A stretch of 64,000 bases of DNA from an uncultured Magnetococcales bacterium (GTDB lineage Bacteria > Pseudomonadota > Magnetococcia > Magnetococcales > CAYFNE01), in the NCBI GenBank assembly GCA_964344355.1, contig CAYFNE010000007.1:7225-71224 (forward strand), written 5' to 3'. The notes beneath the pieces are model-generated. The model was not told where the DNA came from, made no database searches, and saw only the letters and a list, made by a program, of their open reading frames with translations. A program made the translations under genes and the position numbers. Positions 26,872 to 36,002 of this stretch are shown one piece after another (position 1 is the first letter of the stretch; every line of letters starts with the position of its first letter).

Positions 26872-29186
26872 TTATCGAAATATCGTTTGCCACAACCGAT
26901 CACCGATGGCAATCCCAGTTCGGCGGCGCGGATGGCCATGTGCGAGTTGCAACCGCCATACTGGGTGATCAAACCACCGATGTTGCGGCTGAAAATCCAG
27001 TCATAACCCGGGTCGGCACTGGATATGCAGACGATTTTTCCCTGTAGATCCGATTCCAACAGTTCCGGCTCGGTGACCGTCGCCCCCTGGACCCGGGAGA
27101 GGGTGATGAAGTTCGGTTCGCTGCCATTGAGGCAAAAATCGTAGATGTCTTCGGGGCGGAAGATCACCGGTGGCAGATCGATTGCCTGGGAGTGGTTGAA
27201 GGAACGCTTGTTGCGGGCGATGTTATCCCGCAACCGTTCTCCCAGGCCCTGTTCCCCGAGGCTGGCATAGAGGTCCAATACCACCTGAATGTCCAGATAG
27301 GAGAGTTCATCGGCGTTGAGGCCATGGGGTTGGCCGATCTCTTCGAGCAGGGAGAGCACGGCGCTCAAGTGTCGCGTGAAAACGAACTTGCCATATTCCC
27401 GGCCCTCGATGGCCCGGCGGATGAACGCCAGCAAATGGTCCACCGAGACATCCAAACCGTTGGTGACCAGCAGATGGGCGATGTGCTCACGCTGCGGTTG
27501 CGAAAAGGAGAACTCTTTTTCCGGATCGGAACCCTCGTTGGCGCCGATCCCGCCCGCACCCGGCTCGGTCAGGCTGGGAAAATATATCTCGAAGGCCTCA
27601 TCATAGCGTTTGGAGAGAATGTTGTAGGTGCCGGGCCGCAGATGCCCGTAACGAGCGAGAAAATCGGCCGTCGACAGGCCGCCGGTGCGCAACAGCCGCA
27701 CATCGTCGGCCAGGTCCCGGGAGACGGTTTTCAGGGTGCGCATGTAGGCCGACCGTTCCTCCTCGCTGCACACCCCCATGGCCACGAAGGCGTCCAAAAA
27801 CTGTACGGCGATGAAACCGGCCCGGGCCAGCCCGGCGAACGGCAGGGTGCCGTAGCGTTTGCAGTCCTCCATCAACCAGTAGAGTTTTTCCACCTGCGAC
27901 ATGGGGCCTTCCATCACCTCGCCATAGCGCCGTTCCAGATGCTCGACCTTGGCCAGATCGCGTTGAAAATGGCCATCCTTGGAGTGGATGATGCCGTTGG
28001 TGACCTTGAGCAGTCCAAACTTGATCCGGTCCAGTTCGTCCTCACTGAAACCGTGATCGAGCAGTTTTTTGATGCGTTGCCCCAGGCCGGGATAATAACA
28101 GGTGTAGAGAATTTTGAACTCCACCTTGTCATGGTCGCTGGGCTGGCGGGTGAAACGATCCAGATAATAATCCACCAGCTTGTAGGCCAGTTTGTCGTCG
28201 ATCTCTTTGGGGATGAAGGAGTTGAAGGTGACCCGCACATCGATGTAGGGCTTGCCGAACAACGCGATCAACAGCGGGAAACCGCGCATGTTGCGATAGC
28301 CGTAGTTGTCCCGTTGGTAGGCCCAGATGGAGTCGGTGATCAACTCCTTGTAGAGCGACAGCGCCAGGGGCCGGGGGTTGGTACCGATGATTTCGGCCGG
28401 GTTCCAGTCGGGCATGTTGCCGAGAATGGTGCGCGATCCCACCAGATCGGGGTGGGGCAGGTTGAGCTTTTCGATCCGACCGCGAATTTTGTTCAGATAT
28501 CCTTCCAGACGGTCGATCGGCACCGGGGGATGCTTGGAACCGACCACCATGGGCCGTACCTGCAACAGGTGCAGCCGGTCCTGGTCATCGACGGCGAACT
28601 CAATGTCCAGATGTTCAAAGGCGAACCGTTTTTCAAGCTCATCCGCCGTTTCGATCAACCGTTGCAACCACGGTTCGGGGATGGGAATTTCCGCCCGTTT
28701 GAACCGGACCCGGGTGGTGAACTCACTCATGCCCCCGGATGTCACGCCATCGGTGGAACCCAACTGATCATCATAACTGAGCACATAATAAGGAGACAGG
28801 GTGTCCAGGTCGCTGGTGAACAGCACCCCGGCCAGGCGGACCGGCTGGATCTGTTTTTGTACCAATACCTGGTGATTGGCGTCGCCGTCGCCATAGGAGG
28901 CGATGACCCGGTTGATGGCGGCGTGCAGACGTTCCATGTCATCGGTGGGGATGCCGAGCAGGGAGAGATACCGTCCCGCCTGGGAGGCGTTCACGCCATC
29001 CTCGCCCAGGGCGGAACTGCGCACGGCCACCTCCTGGCCGGCGAATTGCCGGTGGAGTTTTTTCAATACGATGCCGGGCGTCTCACGCCATTGACCGACG
29101 CTGAAACAGGCCAATGGTGGAATATCGGCAACCGTCAGTTTGCCTTCCAGTGACTGTAACGTCTCCGCCTTGCTGCCAAATTTCAT
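26808..29186 (-). CDS. PEP-synthase/PPDK-like dikinase (ATP-grasp PPDK_N domain + C-terminal phospho-His swivel domain, no PEP/pyruvate TIM barrel)
   Basis: ORF track 26808..29360. Start set to ATG 29186 (MKFGSKAETLQSLEGKL) with AGGAGG 6 nt upstream. C-terminal GGLITQYGGCNSHMAIRAAELGLPSVIG is the mobile-domain His motif. Confidence 0.85.
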   Translation of the reverse strand: MKFGSKAETLQSLEGKLTVADIPPLACFSVGQWRETPGIVLKKLHRQFAGQEVAVRSSALGEDGVNASQAGRYLSLLGIPTDDMERLHAAINRVIASYGDGDANHQVLVQKQIQPVRLAGVLFTSDLDTLSPYYVLSYDDQLGSTDGVTSGGMSEFTTRVRFKRAEIPIPEPWLQRLIETADELEKRFAFEHLDIEFAVDDQDRLHLLQVRPMVVGSKHPPVPIDRLEGYLNKIRGRIEKLNLPHPDLVGSRTILGNMPDWNPAEIIGTNPRPLALSLYKELITDSIWAYQRDNYGYRNMRGFPLLIALFGKPYIDVRVTFNSFIPKEIDDKLAYKLVDYYLDRFTRQPSDHDKVEFKILYTCYYPGLGQRIKKLLDHGFSEDELDRIKFGLLKVTNGIIHSKDGHFQRDLAKVEHLERRYGEVMEGPMSQVEKLYWLMEDCKRYGTLPFAGLARAGFIAVQFLDAFVAMGVCSEEERSAYMRTLKTVSRDLADDVRLLRTGGLSTADFLARYGHLRPGTYNILSKRYDEAFEIYFPSLTEPGAGGIGANEGSDPEKEFSFSQPQREHIAHLLVTNGLDVSVDHLLAFIRRAIEGREYGKFVFTRHLSAVLSLLEEIGQPHGLNADELSYLDIQVVLDLYASLGEQGLGERLRDNIARNKRSFNHSQAIDLPPVIFRPEDIYDFCLNGSEPNFITLSRVQGATVTEPELLESDLQGKIVCISSADPGYDWIFSRNIGGLITQYGGCNSHMAIRAAELGLPSVIGCGKRYFDNWSRASLLELNCSEKTVMVLN

Positions 29187-29306
29187 CCCGACCTCCTGGA
29201 ACGATTTGGACGGGTCGAGCGGATGTCCCATTCCCTTTGAACGGGATATCCACAAAACACCGTCAGATCCCCGTTTTTGCATCCGGGAATTGGATATTTC
29301 TGGAAA

Positions 29307-29322
29307 AGCAACTCCCGTGCCG
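29307..29322 (-). promoter_or_regulatory. Candidate sigma-54 (-24/-12) promoter for the dikinase-amidotransferase-cysC operon
   Basis: Minus strand reads cGGCACGggagTTGCt, matching 11 of 12 specified positions of TGGCACG-N4-TTGCW with exact GG-N10-GC spacing. About 120 nt upstream of ATG 29186. Confidence 0.6.
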
Positions 29323-29642
29323 TAATTTATAAAACTGTAAAAACAATAAGATGAAAACATTGTGTGCGGATTGGAACCAAGTGGTGGGCATTATTTTCCG
29401 GTTGGAAGGGGTGGGGGGACATTTCTGCCCCTGGCGGGGTGTCCGGGGCTGGACAATCCTTGAGGGGATTCGTTGGTGCGGCCGGAGCACGAAATAACCG
29501 GTGGGTGTCCGGTCCCTCTTTTTTTCTCCGGCCCAACATGGGACACTCTTCTTCCGGGGGATTCGGTTTTATGAGCCGGAGCCTATGATAATCAGTTGCT
29601 TCCGTGTCTCTCCCGGAGGCGAACGCCGTCAGCGATTGGCCC

Positions 29643-30887
29643 ATGGAATATCGTACATTCGGAAAAACCGGTAAAAAAATATCCGTCTTCACCCTGGGGG
29701 GCATGCGGTTTTTGCATGGCGATGGCTTGGTGGAGGAGGAATTACGGGAGGATAGCCTGGAAAATACCCATCAGGTCATCACCACCGCCTTTGCCGCCGG
29801 GTTCAATCTGATCGAGACCGCGCGGGGGTATGGCAAGAGTGAACGGTTGATCGGGCGAACCCTGCCACACCTTTCCCGGTCCCGGGATTCGTATCATGTG
29901 ATGACCAAGGCGCCACCGGTGGAAACGGCCGGGGAGATGCGTCGCATGTTGGAGACGTCCCTGGAACGGTTGGCCCTCGATCATGTGGATTTTTTCGCCG
30001 TGCATGGACTCAATCTGCCGGAACACCTGGAAACGGCCCGGCGACCCGGCGGTTACCTGGATGGGTTGCGGCGTGCCCGGGAGGAAGGGTTGATCGGCCA
30101 CATCGGTTTTTCCACTCACGGACCGTTGCCGGTGATCCTGGCGGCCATCGACAGCGATTTTTTCGAGTTCGTCAATCTTCACTATTATGCGTTCCGCCCC
30201 GGGCTGGAACCGGCGGTGAAAAGGGCGGCACAACAGGACATGGGGGTGTTGATCATCTCCCCGAATGACAAGGGCGGCCGGCTCTACGAGCCGCCGCGGC
30301 GGTTGGCGGAGTTGACCGCGCCGTTGCATCCGGTGCAATACAACGAACGATGGTTGCTGGCGCAACCGGAGGTTCACACCCTCAGCATCGGCATGAACCA
30401 GCCGGATCAATTACAGATTCATCTGGACAGCCTCGACCGCCCTTGTCCGGATGAGCGGGATGAAACGATCCATCAACGGTTGCAACGGGCCGCCGCCGCC
30501 TCTCCCACCCGGCACTGCGGGGTTTGCGCGGCCTGTCTGCCCTGTCCACGGGGCATCGAAATTCCCGAGGTATTGCGTCTCGAACATCTCAGCGCCACCT
30601 TCGACATGCGGTTTTTCGGGCGCTATCGCTACAGCCTGATGATTCCGGGCAACCATTGGGTACCCGGGGCCGCCGGCAACGCCTGCGACCGCTGCGGCGA
30701 CTGTCTGCCGCGATGCCCGGAAAATCTGGATATCCCCTCCCTGCTGTTCACTACCCACCGACGGCTGCGTTCGTTCAAAAAAAGTTTTATCGAAATAGCC
30801 GCCAAAATCCATCAGCGCATACCGCCAAGCTGGATCGACCGCTTGGCGCCGTTGATCGCCCTGTTGCGCCGTTGGTTGACCGGTTGA
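29643..30887 (+). CDS. Aldo/keto reductase with C-terminal Cys-rich (4Fe-4S ferredoxin-like) extension
   Basis: Start set to ATG 29643 (MEYRTFGKTGKKISVFTLGGMRF, a typical AKR N-terminus). C-terminal CGVCAACLPCP and CDRCGDCLPRCP motifs. Confidence 0.85.
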   Translation: MEYRTFGKTGKKISVFTLGGMRFLHGDGLVEEELREDSLENTHQVITTAFAAGFNLIETARGYGKSERLIGRTLPHLSRSRDSYHVMTKAPPVETAGEMRRMLETSLERLALDHVDFFAVHGLNLPEHLETARRPGGYLDGLRRAREEGLIGHIGFSTHGPLPVILAAIDSDFFEFVNLHYYAFRPGLEPAVKRAAQQDMGVLIISPNDKGGRLYEPPRRLAELTAPLHPVQYNERWLLAQPEVHTLSIGMNQPDQLQIHLDSLDRPCPDERDETIHQRLQRAAAASPTRHCGVCAACLPCPRGIEIPEVLRLEHLSATFDMRFFGRYRYSLMIPGNHWVPGAAGNACDRCGDCLPRCPENLDIPSLLFTTHRRLRSFKKSFIEIAAKIHQRIPPSWIDRLAPLIALLRRWLTG

Positions 30888-30903
30888 GGATCGATGGGGG
30901 TGT

Positions 30904-32667
30904 TCACCCCGGTCCATACCTCTGGATCAATGCCTGGTTGATGTGGAAAAACACCCCTTCCCAATCCTGGCGAATCGCCTGTCTGAACAGCCGCAGGCCG
31001 GGATACCAGACCGAATCGGAGCGGTCCAGCATCCAGCGCCAGTCCGGAACCTTTGGCAGCAACAGCCAGCAGGGCCTGTTCAGGGCCCCGGCCAGGTGGA
31101 CCACGGCCGTATCCACGGCAATGACCAGGTCCAGTTGGGTGAGGAGGGCGGCGGTATCGGCGAAATCGTCAACCCGTCCCCCCAGGTCCCGTTCCGGGCC
31201 GATGATTCGCAGCAGGCCGTCGGCATCGCCGCCGGGGTCGGGTTGAAGGGAATAAAAGGCCGCCTTTCGTGCATGCATCTCCACCAGGGCGGTGAACAAC
31301 TCCGGATGGATGGAACGTTGGCGGTCGTTTTTGTGTTCCGGCCGGCCGCGCCAGACCAAGCCGACCTTGAGCCGTTTTTCCGATTCGAAAAACCGGGCGA
31401 AACGGCGGATCCGCTCCGGATCGGCATGGAGATAGGGGACCCGGGCGGGAATCTCTTCGGGCCGGGGGGAAAAGAGGCCGGGCAGCGATCCCAGGGGGAT
31501 GAACCGTTGAAAGGTGGGATGGGGCTTGTTCTCCTCGCGCAGGACGTTCAGTCCCGGAATCGATTCGAACAGCGGTTGCAGGGGGGAGGAACACAAAATG
31601 GAAACCCGACCGCCCCGCTCCCGGACCAGCGGCGCATAACGGACATATTGAATGGCATCGCCGTATCCCTGTTCGGCCAATAACAGGATATGGTTTCCCC
31701 GTAGCGGTTCACCACGCCATTGCGCCTCCAACGGCGGTCGTTGCGGCAACTGCAACTCCGCCATCTCCCACCGGGCCTCCAGGCCGGGCCATCCCGCTTG
31801 GAAACGGCCGGACAGCAGGCGGATTTCCGCCAGCATCAACCGCGACCGGGCGGAGTCGGGATCGCGCTCGACGATCTTGACCAGGATCGATTCCGCCTCC
31901 CGGTAGCGTCCCTGTTCCCGCAGCAGATAGGCGAGATTGAAATCCGATTCGGGACGATGGGGTTCGAGGTCGATGGCCCGGCGCAGATGGATTTCCGCCT
32001 CTTCCATATGGCCGAGACGCGACAGACAGTAGGAGAGGTTGAAATGGGTCTGGGCATCGTCGGCATCCAACCGCAACGCCCGCTGCAAAAAAATGGCCGC
32101 CTCGCCGAATCGTTCCGCTTCCCAATGGATGGCGGCCAACTCCTGGAGGGCCTGAATGGGCCGTTTTTGCAGATGGATGGCGCGATGGAGGATGGAGGTG
32201 GCCCGCCACGGCTGGCCGGCATACCGCACCGCCCGGGCCTGGATCAACAACGCCGCCTCGTGTCCGGGCTGGTTGTCGAGAATGTGGGCGCTGAGTTGCA
32301 ATCCCGCTTCGGTTTCGCCCCTGGCGAACAGGACGTCGATTTTTTTTTCCAGCGCCCGGGGATGATCCGGGGAGCGGGCTAGGCAGACTTCGAGGATTTC
32401 GTGGGCCCGTTCCCGTTCGCGCAGGCAGATCAGGATTTCCACCAGGTCGATGGCCGCTTCTGGATCGGTCGCAAACAGGTTCCCGGCCCGTTGCAACGCC
32501 GCTTCGGCGGTCGCCGTCCTGCCGAGACGGTGTTTGACCAGTCCCAGAAAATAGTGGGCGGTTACCCGTTCCGGCTCCTGTTCGACCAGGGTTTCAAATC
32601 GCGCCTCGGCCGTTGGCAGATCGTTTCGGGCATAGGCGAGAATGGCGTTTTGCAGGGGATTGGACAT
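30904..32667 (-). CDS. TPR-repeat protein with C-terminal glycosyltransferase family 9 (heptosyltransferase)-like domain
   Basis: About 300 aa of TPR repeats, then a GT9-like region: GDAIQYVRYAPLVRERGGRVSILC...VGLVWRGRPEHKND...DFADTAALLTQLDLVIAVDTAVVHLAGALNRPCWLLLP. Confidence 0.8.
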   Translation of the reverse strand: MSNPLQNAILAYARNDLPTAEARFETLVEQEPERVTAHYFLGLVKHRLGRTATAEAALQRAGNLFATDPEAAIDLVEILICLRERERAHEILEVCLARSPDHPRALEKKIDVLFARGETEAGLQLSAHILDNQPGHEAALLIQARAVRYAGQPWRATSILHRAIHLQKRPIQALQELAAIHWEAERFGEAAIFLQRALRLDADDAQTHFNLSYCLSRLGHMEEAEIHLRRAIDLEPHRPESDFNLAYLLREQGRYREAESILVKIVERDPDSARSRLMLAEIRLLSGRFQAGWPGLEARWEMAELQLPQRPPLEAQWRGEPLRGNHILLLAEQGYGDAIQYVRYAPLVRERGGRVSILCSSPLQPLFESIPGLNVLREENKPHPTFQRFIPLGSLPGLFSPRPEEIPARVPYLHADPERIRRFARFFESEKRLKVGLVWRGRPEHKNDRQRSIHPELFTALVEMHARKAAFYSLQPDPGGDADGLLRIIGPERDLGGRVDDFADTAALLTQLDLVIAVDTAVVHLAGALNRPCWLLLPKVPDWRWMLDRSDSVWYPGLRLFRQAIRQDWEGVFFHINQALIQRYGPG

Positions 32668-32782
32668 ACCGGTTTCACGGGTTGCTGGTTCTGGGACATC
32701 CAGTTTATACGGGGCCGGGTCATCGGGTCCAAGGGGGAAATTGCGGCCACCCGAAACGCATGGCGCATGCTCTCTCCCCGTG

Positions 32783-34276
32783 TCAGACCGAGAATTCGTT
32801 CTTCGATCGTCTCGCCAACTCCCGGGCCTCCCGCCGCAATCGGTTGCGATCGATCTTGCCGTTGGCCAGCAAGGGCATCCGTTCGAGAATTTTCAAATGG
32901 TGGGGATGTTTGTATCGGGCCAGGATCGGATTCAGAAAGTCGCGCAGGGTTTCCAGTCGGCCATCCCTTTCCCGGGTGAAAGTGGCGACGAGGAAGGCGA
33001 AACCCACCTCTCCCCATTTTTCATCCGCAACCGCCACCACCACCGCCTGGCTGATATCGGCATGGCTGACCAGCTTTTTTTCCACTTCGCCGGGATAGAC
33101 GTTTTCACCGCCTGAGATGTACATCTCCTTTTTGCGGCCCACCACGTAAAAAAAACCGGCCGCATCCACCCGCACCAGATCGCCGGTGACGAACAGCCCT
33201 TCGCGGATCGACTGTCGGAACAGGGACTCTTCCCGCCAATAACCGGCGCACAGATGCGGACCGCCGATCCACAATTCACCGACCTCATCGACACCGACGG
33301 CGTTGCCGTTTTCATCCACCACCTTGACCCGGGAGTGGGCCATCGGTTTGCCGGTGGCATCGGGCCGTTCGAAGGCATCTTCGGTTTCGTGCAAAAAACA
33401 GTTGGGACCGACTTCGGTCAAGCCGAAACCCTGTTTGAAGGGAATGCCGCGCTGGTGAAAGGCCTGGATCAGGGGCGGGCTCAACGGTGCGCCGCCGGAG
33501 AGAAAAAAACGGATGCGGCTGAAATCGGTGCGGCTGAAATCGACGTGATCCCGGAGGGCCTGAAACATGGTCGGCACCCCCCAAAAGACGGTGATCCCCT
33601 CCCGGTCGATCGCCTTCAGGACCGAGCCGGGATCGAACCGCTCGAACAGGATCAGGGTACCACCGATGGAGAGGAGGGGCAGGGTGAAAACGTTGTAACC
33701 GCCGGTGTGGAAAAAGGGGGTGTTGGCGATGGAGATGTCCTCCGGTCTCAGGACATCCGAAGCGACGGTATGATGCATGTTGGCCATCAACATGCCGGCC
33801 TGCAACAAGACCCCTTTGGGTCGTCCGGTGGTGCCGGAGGTGAACAGCATCAACAACGGTTGATCATCGGTCACCGGCACCGGGGGTCGGGTTGTTTTCG
33901 GGGCTGGATCGAGGGAGTCGATCGATTGATAGACGGGGTGTGGGAAGGGGGCGGCCCCCTCACCGACAAAACAGGCCGGTTGCACCCGATCGATGATGTC
34001 GGCCAACTCGCCGGCGGCCAGACGGTGGTTGAGGGGGACGAAAATGGCGCCGATGCGGTTGCAGGCGAAAAACAGGGTCAGATGTTCCAGGCGGTTGGGG
34101 GCCAGAAAGGCGACCCGGTCGCCGGTGGTCACCCCCTGGCCCAGGAGCCAGCCCCGCCATTCTTCGCTTTCCCGGTGCAGATCGGCATAGGTCAGGCGCC
34201 GACCGGACCGGTCATCGACGATGGCGATTTTGCCGGCGGAGCTTTGGGCGAACACCTGGATGAAATCGCGCCACAT
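32783..34276 (-). CDS. AMP-dependent synthetase/ligase (acyl-CoA synthetase family)
   Basis: 497 aa. AMP-binding motif LFTSGTTGRPKGV, then YGLTE-like GFGLTEVG, and C-terminal GKIDR. Confidence 0.9.
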   Translation of the reverse strand: MWRDFIQVFAQSSAGKIAIVDDRSGRRLTYADLHRESEEWRGWLLGQGVTTGDRVAFLAPNRLEHLTLFFACNRIGAIFVPLNHRLAAGELADIIDRVQPACFVGEGAAPFPHPVYQSIDSLDPAPKTTRPPVPVTDDQPLLMLFTSGTTGRPKGVLLQAGMLMANMHHTVASDVLRPEDISIANTPFFHTGGYNVFTLPLLSIGGTLILFERFDPGSVLKAIDREGITVFWGVPTMFQALRDHVDFSRTDFSRIRFFLSGGAPLSPPLIQAFHQRGIPFKQGFGLTEVGPNCFLHETEDAFERPDATGKPMAHSRVKVVDENGNAVGVDEVGELWIGGPHLCAGYWREESLFRQSIREGLFVTGDLVRVDAAGFFYVVGRKKEMYISGGENVYPGEVEKKLVSHADISQAVVVAVADEKWGEVGFAFLVATFTRERDGRLETLRDFLNPILARYKHPHHLKILERMPLLANGKIDRNRLRREARELARRSKNEFSV

Positions 34277-34278
34277 GG

Positions 34279-35064
34279 TTATCCCAGGAACTCCTGGACC
34301 CGTTGGGCCAGCTCGGCCGGTTTTTCCAAAAAAAACAGATGATCGGTATCGGTAAAAATTTCCACGCGGGCCGCCGGAATTTTTTCCCCCAACAGATGGG
34401 CATTGGCCGCCGGCACCACGGTATCGGTATCTCCCGACAGGATCAGGGTTGGACAGCCGATCCGTTCCAGGTCCAGGGTCCGTTCCATGAAGGCGGTGAC
34501 CGCCCGATATTGCAACATCACCTGTGCCGGGTCCACCCGTTCACGCCGACGCTGGGCCAACACCCGCCGATGGATGTCGGGGTAACGGCTGCTGAACAGG
34601 GGAAAAATGGCCGTGGAGAGGGCCACTTCCGCCCGTTGTTCGGGGGGCATGGCATAGAGGGTCCGCACCTGTTTTTCCCCCAGGCCGGGAAAAATTTTTT
34701 TAAATTCCGCTCCGCCGGAACTGGTGCAGAGCAGGATCAACGCCGTCACCCGTTCCGGGGCGCGCAGGGTCAACAGTTGGGCGATGAACCCGCCCATGCT
34801 CAAACCGGCGACGGCAAAACGGTCCTGGCCGAGATCATCCATCACCGCCAGGGCGTCGTCGGCCAGCGCTTCCAGTCCATAGGGGGCGGCGGCCGGGGGG
34901 GAACGGCCCATGCCACGGTTGTCGGGCAGGATGAATCGATATCGGTCCTGCAACCGATCGGCCAGGGATTCGAACACCCAGTTGGAACTGCCGAATCCGG
35001 CCAGGCACAACAGCGACGGCCCCCGGCCGATGATATCGACGTGATTTTTGAACCGTTTTTTCAC
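34279..35064 (-). CDS. Alpha/beta-fold hydrolase
   Basis: GTG start. Nucleophile elbow GLSMGG. HGFGSS-like oxyanion region LAGFGSSNWVF. C-terminal DHLFFLE. Confidence 0.85.
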   Translation of the reverse strand: MKKRFKNHVDIIGRGPSLLCLAGFGSSNWVFESLADRLQDRYRFILPDNRGMGRSPPAAAPYGLEALADDALAVMDDLGQDRFAVAGLSMGGFIAQLLTLRAPERVTALILLCTSSGGAEFKKIFPGLGEKQVRTLYAMPPEQRAEVALSTAIFPLFSSRYPDIHRRVLAQRRRERVDPAQVMLQYRAVTAFMERTLDLERIGCPTLILSGDTDTVVPAANAHLLGEKIPAARVEIFTDTDHLFFLEKPAELAQRVQEFLG

Positions 35065-35267
35065 CGGGGACCCCGCCTGTCATGTTTTTCCCGAACTGTC
35101 CGCCTTTTCGACTGAAAATGGCGGTAAAGGGTGCCTGCACGGCCTCTTCGACACCCTGAAAAAATAGACGATTCGATTTACGACCGCAAAGTTCATCGTG
35201 AACGGAACAGCTGCCGACGGACCATCGTCGGGGCGGTCTTTACCTTGAATTGTTGGTGTTTTTTTCA

Positions 35268-35283
35268 AGCATTCCGAATGCCA
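35268..35283 (-). promoter_or_regulatory. Weak candidate sigma-54-type element upstream of the hydrolase-ligase-TPR/GT9 unit
   Basis: Minus strand reads TGGCATTcggaATGCT, matching 9 of 12 specified positions with correct GG-N10-GC spacing. It sits inside a perfect palindrome GCATTC-c-GAATGC, about 200 nt upstream of the GTG at 35064. Confidence 0.3.
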
Positions 35284-35416
35284 AAAAGGATTGAATGCCG
35301 GATCGGATTTCGTACCTTGTCCGTCTCGGCTCCCCTTGCAAAAGGGCTTCCGACCGCGGTTCAATCGATCGTTCACTGGCAATCGTCCTCTCCTCCGGGG
35401 AGGCTTGATCGGGAGA

Positions 35417-35980
35417 ATGTCCATGCGGGGCATCAAAAAAGGGGTATTGGTTTTTTTTCTCGTCGCCGGACTGTCGGGTCCAAACAGTGCCCGGGCCTTT
35501 TTCGGCGAGCTGTTCAGCGGTGGTCCCGGCGATGATTCGGAAGTGGTCCATATCGCCATCCAGGGTATCGATGAAAAACCGGGATACTATTGGCAGGGGG
35601 ATATCTTCGGGAGTCTCGACATCCATATCCCCCTGAAAAAGGATGGTGATTTCCAGACCGGTCCGCAAGGACGGTTCGTGGTCTATTATCCGGTCTGCAA
35701 ACAGTGGCGGCGGATCGAACCGAAAACGGCCACCGATGGGACCCCGGCGAAGCGACCGCACCCGGGGGTGAAAATGAAATGCGCCTATCGGTTGGTCGAA
35801 AAATTTTTCGCCGGTTTAAACGGCCGGGTTTACCACCTGTATGATCAAAACGGGGAAAAAGTATTCAATTACAGCTCGATGAGAGGTGAGATCAAAAAAA
35901 CACCCGTTTCGATCGGCAAAAGATTGCTCTCCAGATGGCGGGTCATTTCCAAACATGAATATCCGACCGATGGTTGGTGA
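35417..35980 (+). CDS. Hypothetical exported protein
   Basis: ORF track 35291..35980. Start set to ATG 35417 (GGGAGA upstream). N-terminus MSMRGIKKGVLVFFLVAGLSGPNSARA looks like a Sec signal peptide. No family recognised. Confidence 0.6.
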   Translation: MSMRGIKKGVLVFFLVAGLSGPNSARAFFGELFSGGPGDDSEVVHIAIQGIDEKPGYYWQGDIFGSLDIHIPLKKDGDFQTGPQGRFVVYYPVCKQWRRIEPKTATDGTPAKRPHPGVKMKCAYRLVEKFFAGLNGRVYHLYDQNGEKVFNYSSMRGEIKKTPVSIGKRLLSRWRVISKHEYPTDGW

Positions 35981-36002
35981 GGGACCGTTGGCCGGTCCGT
36001 TT

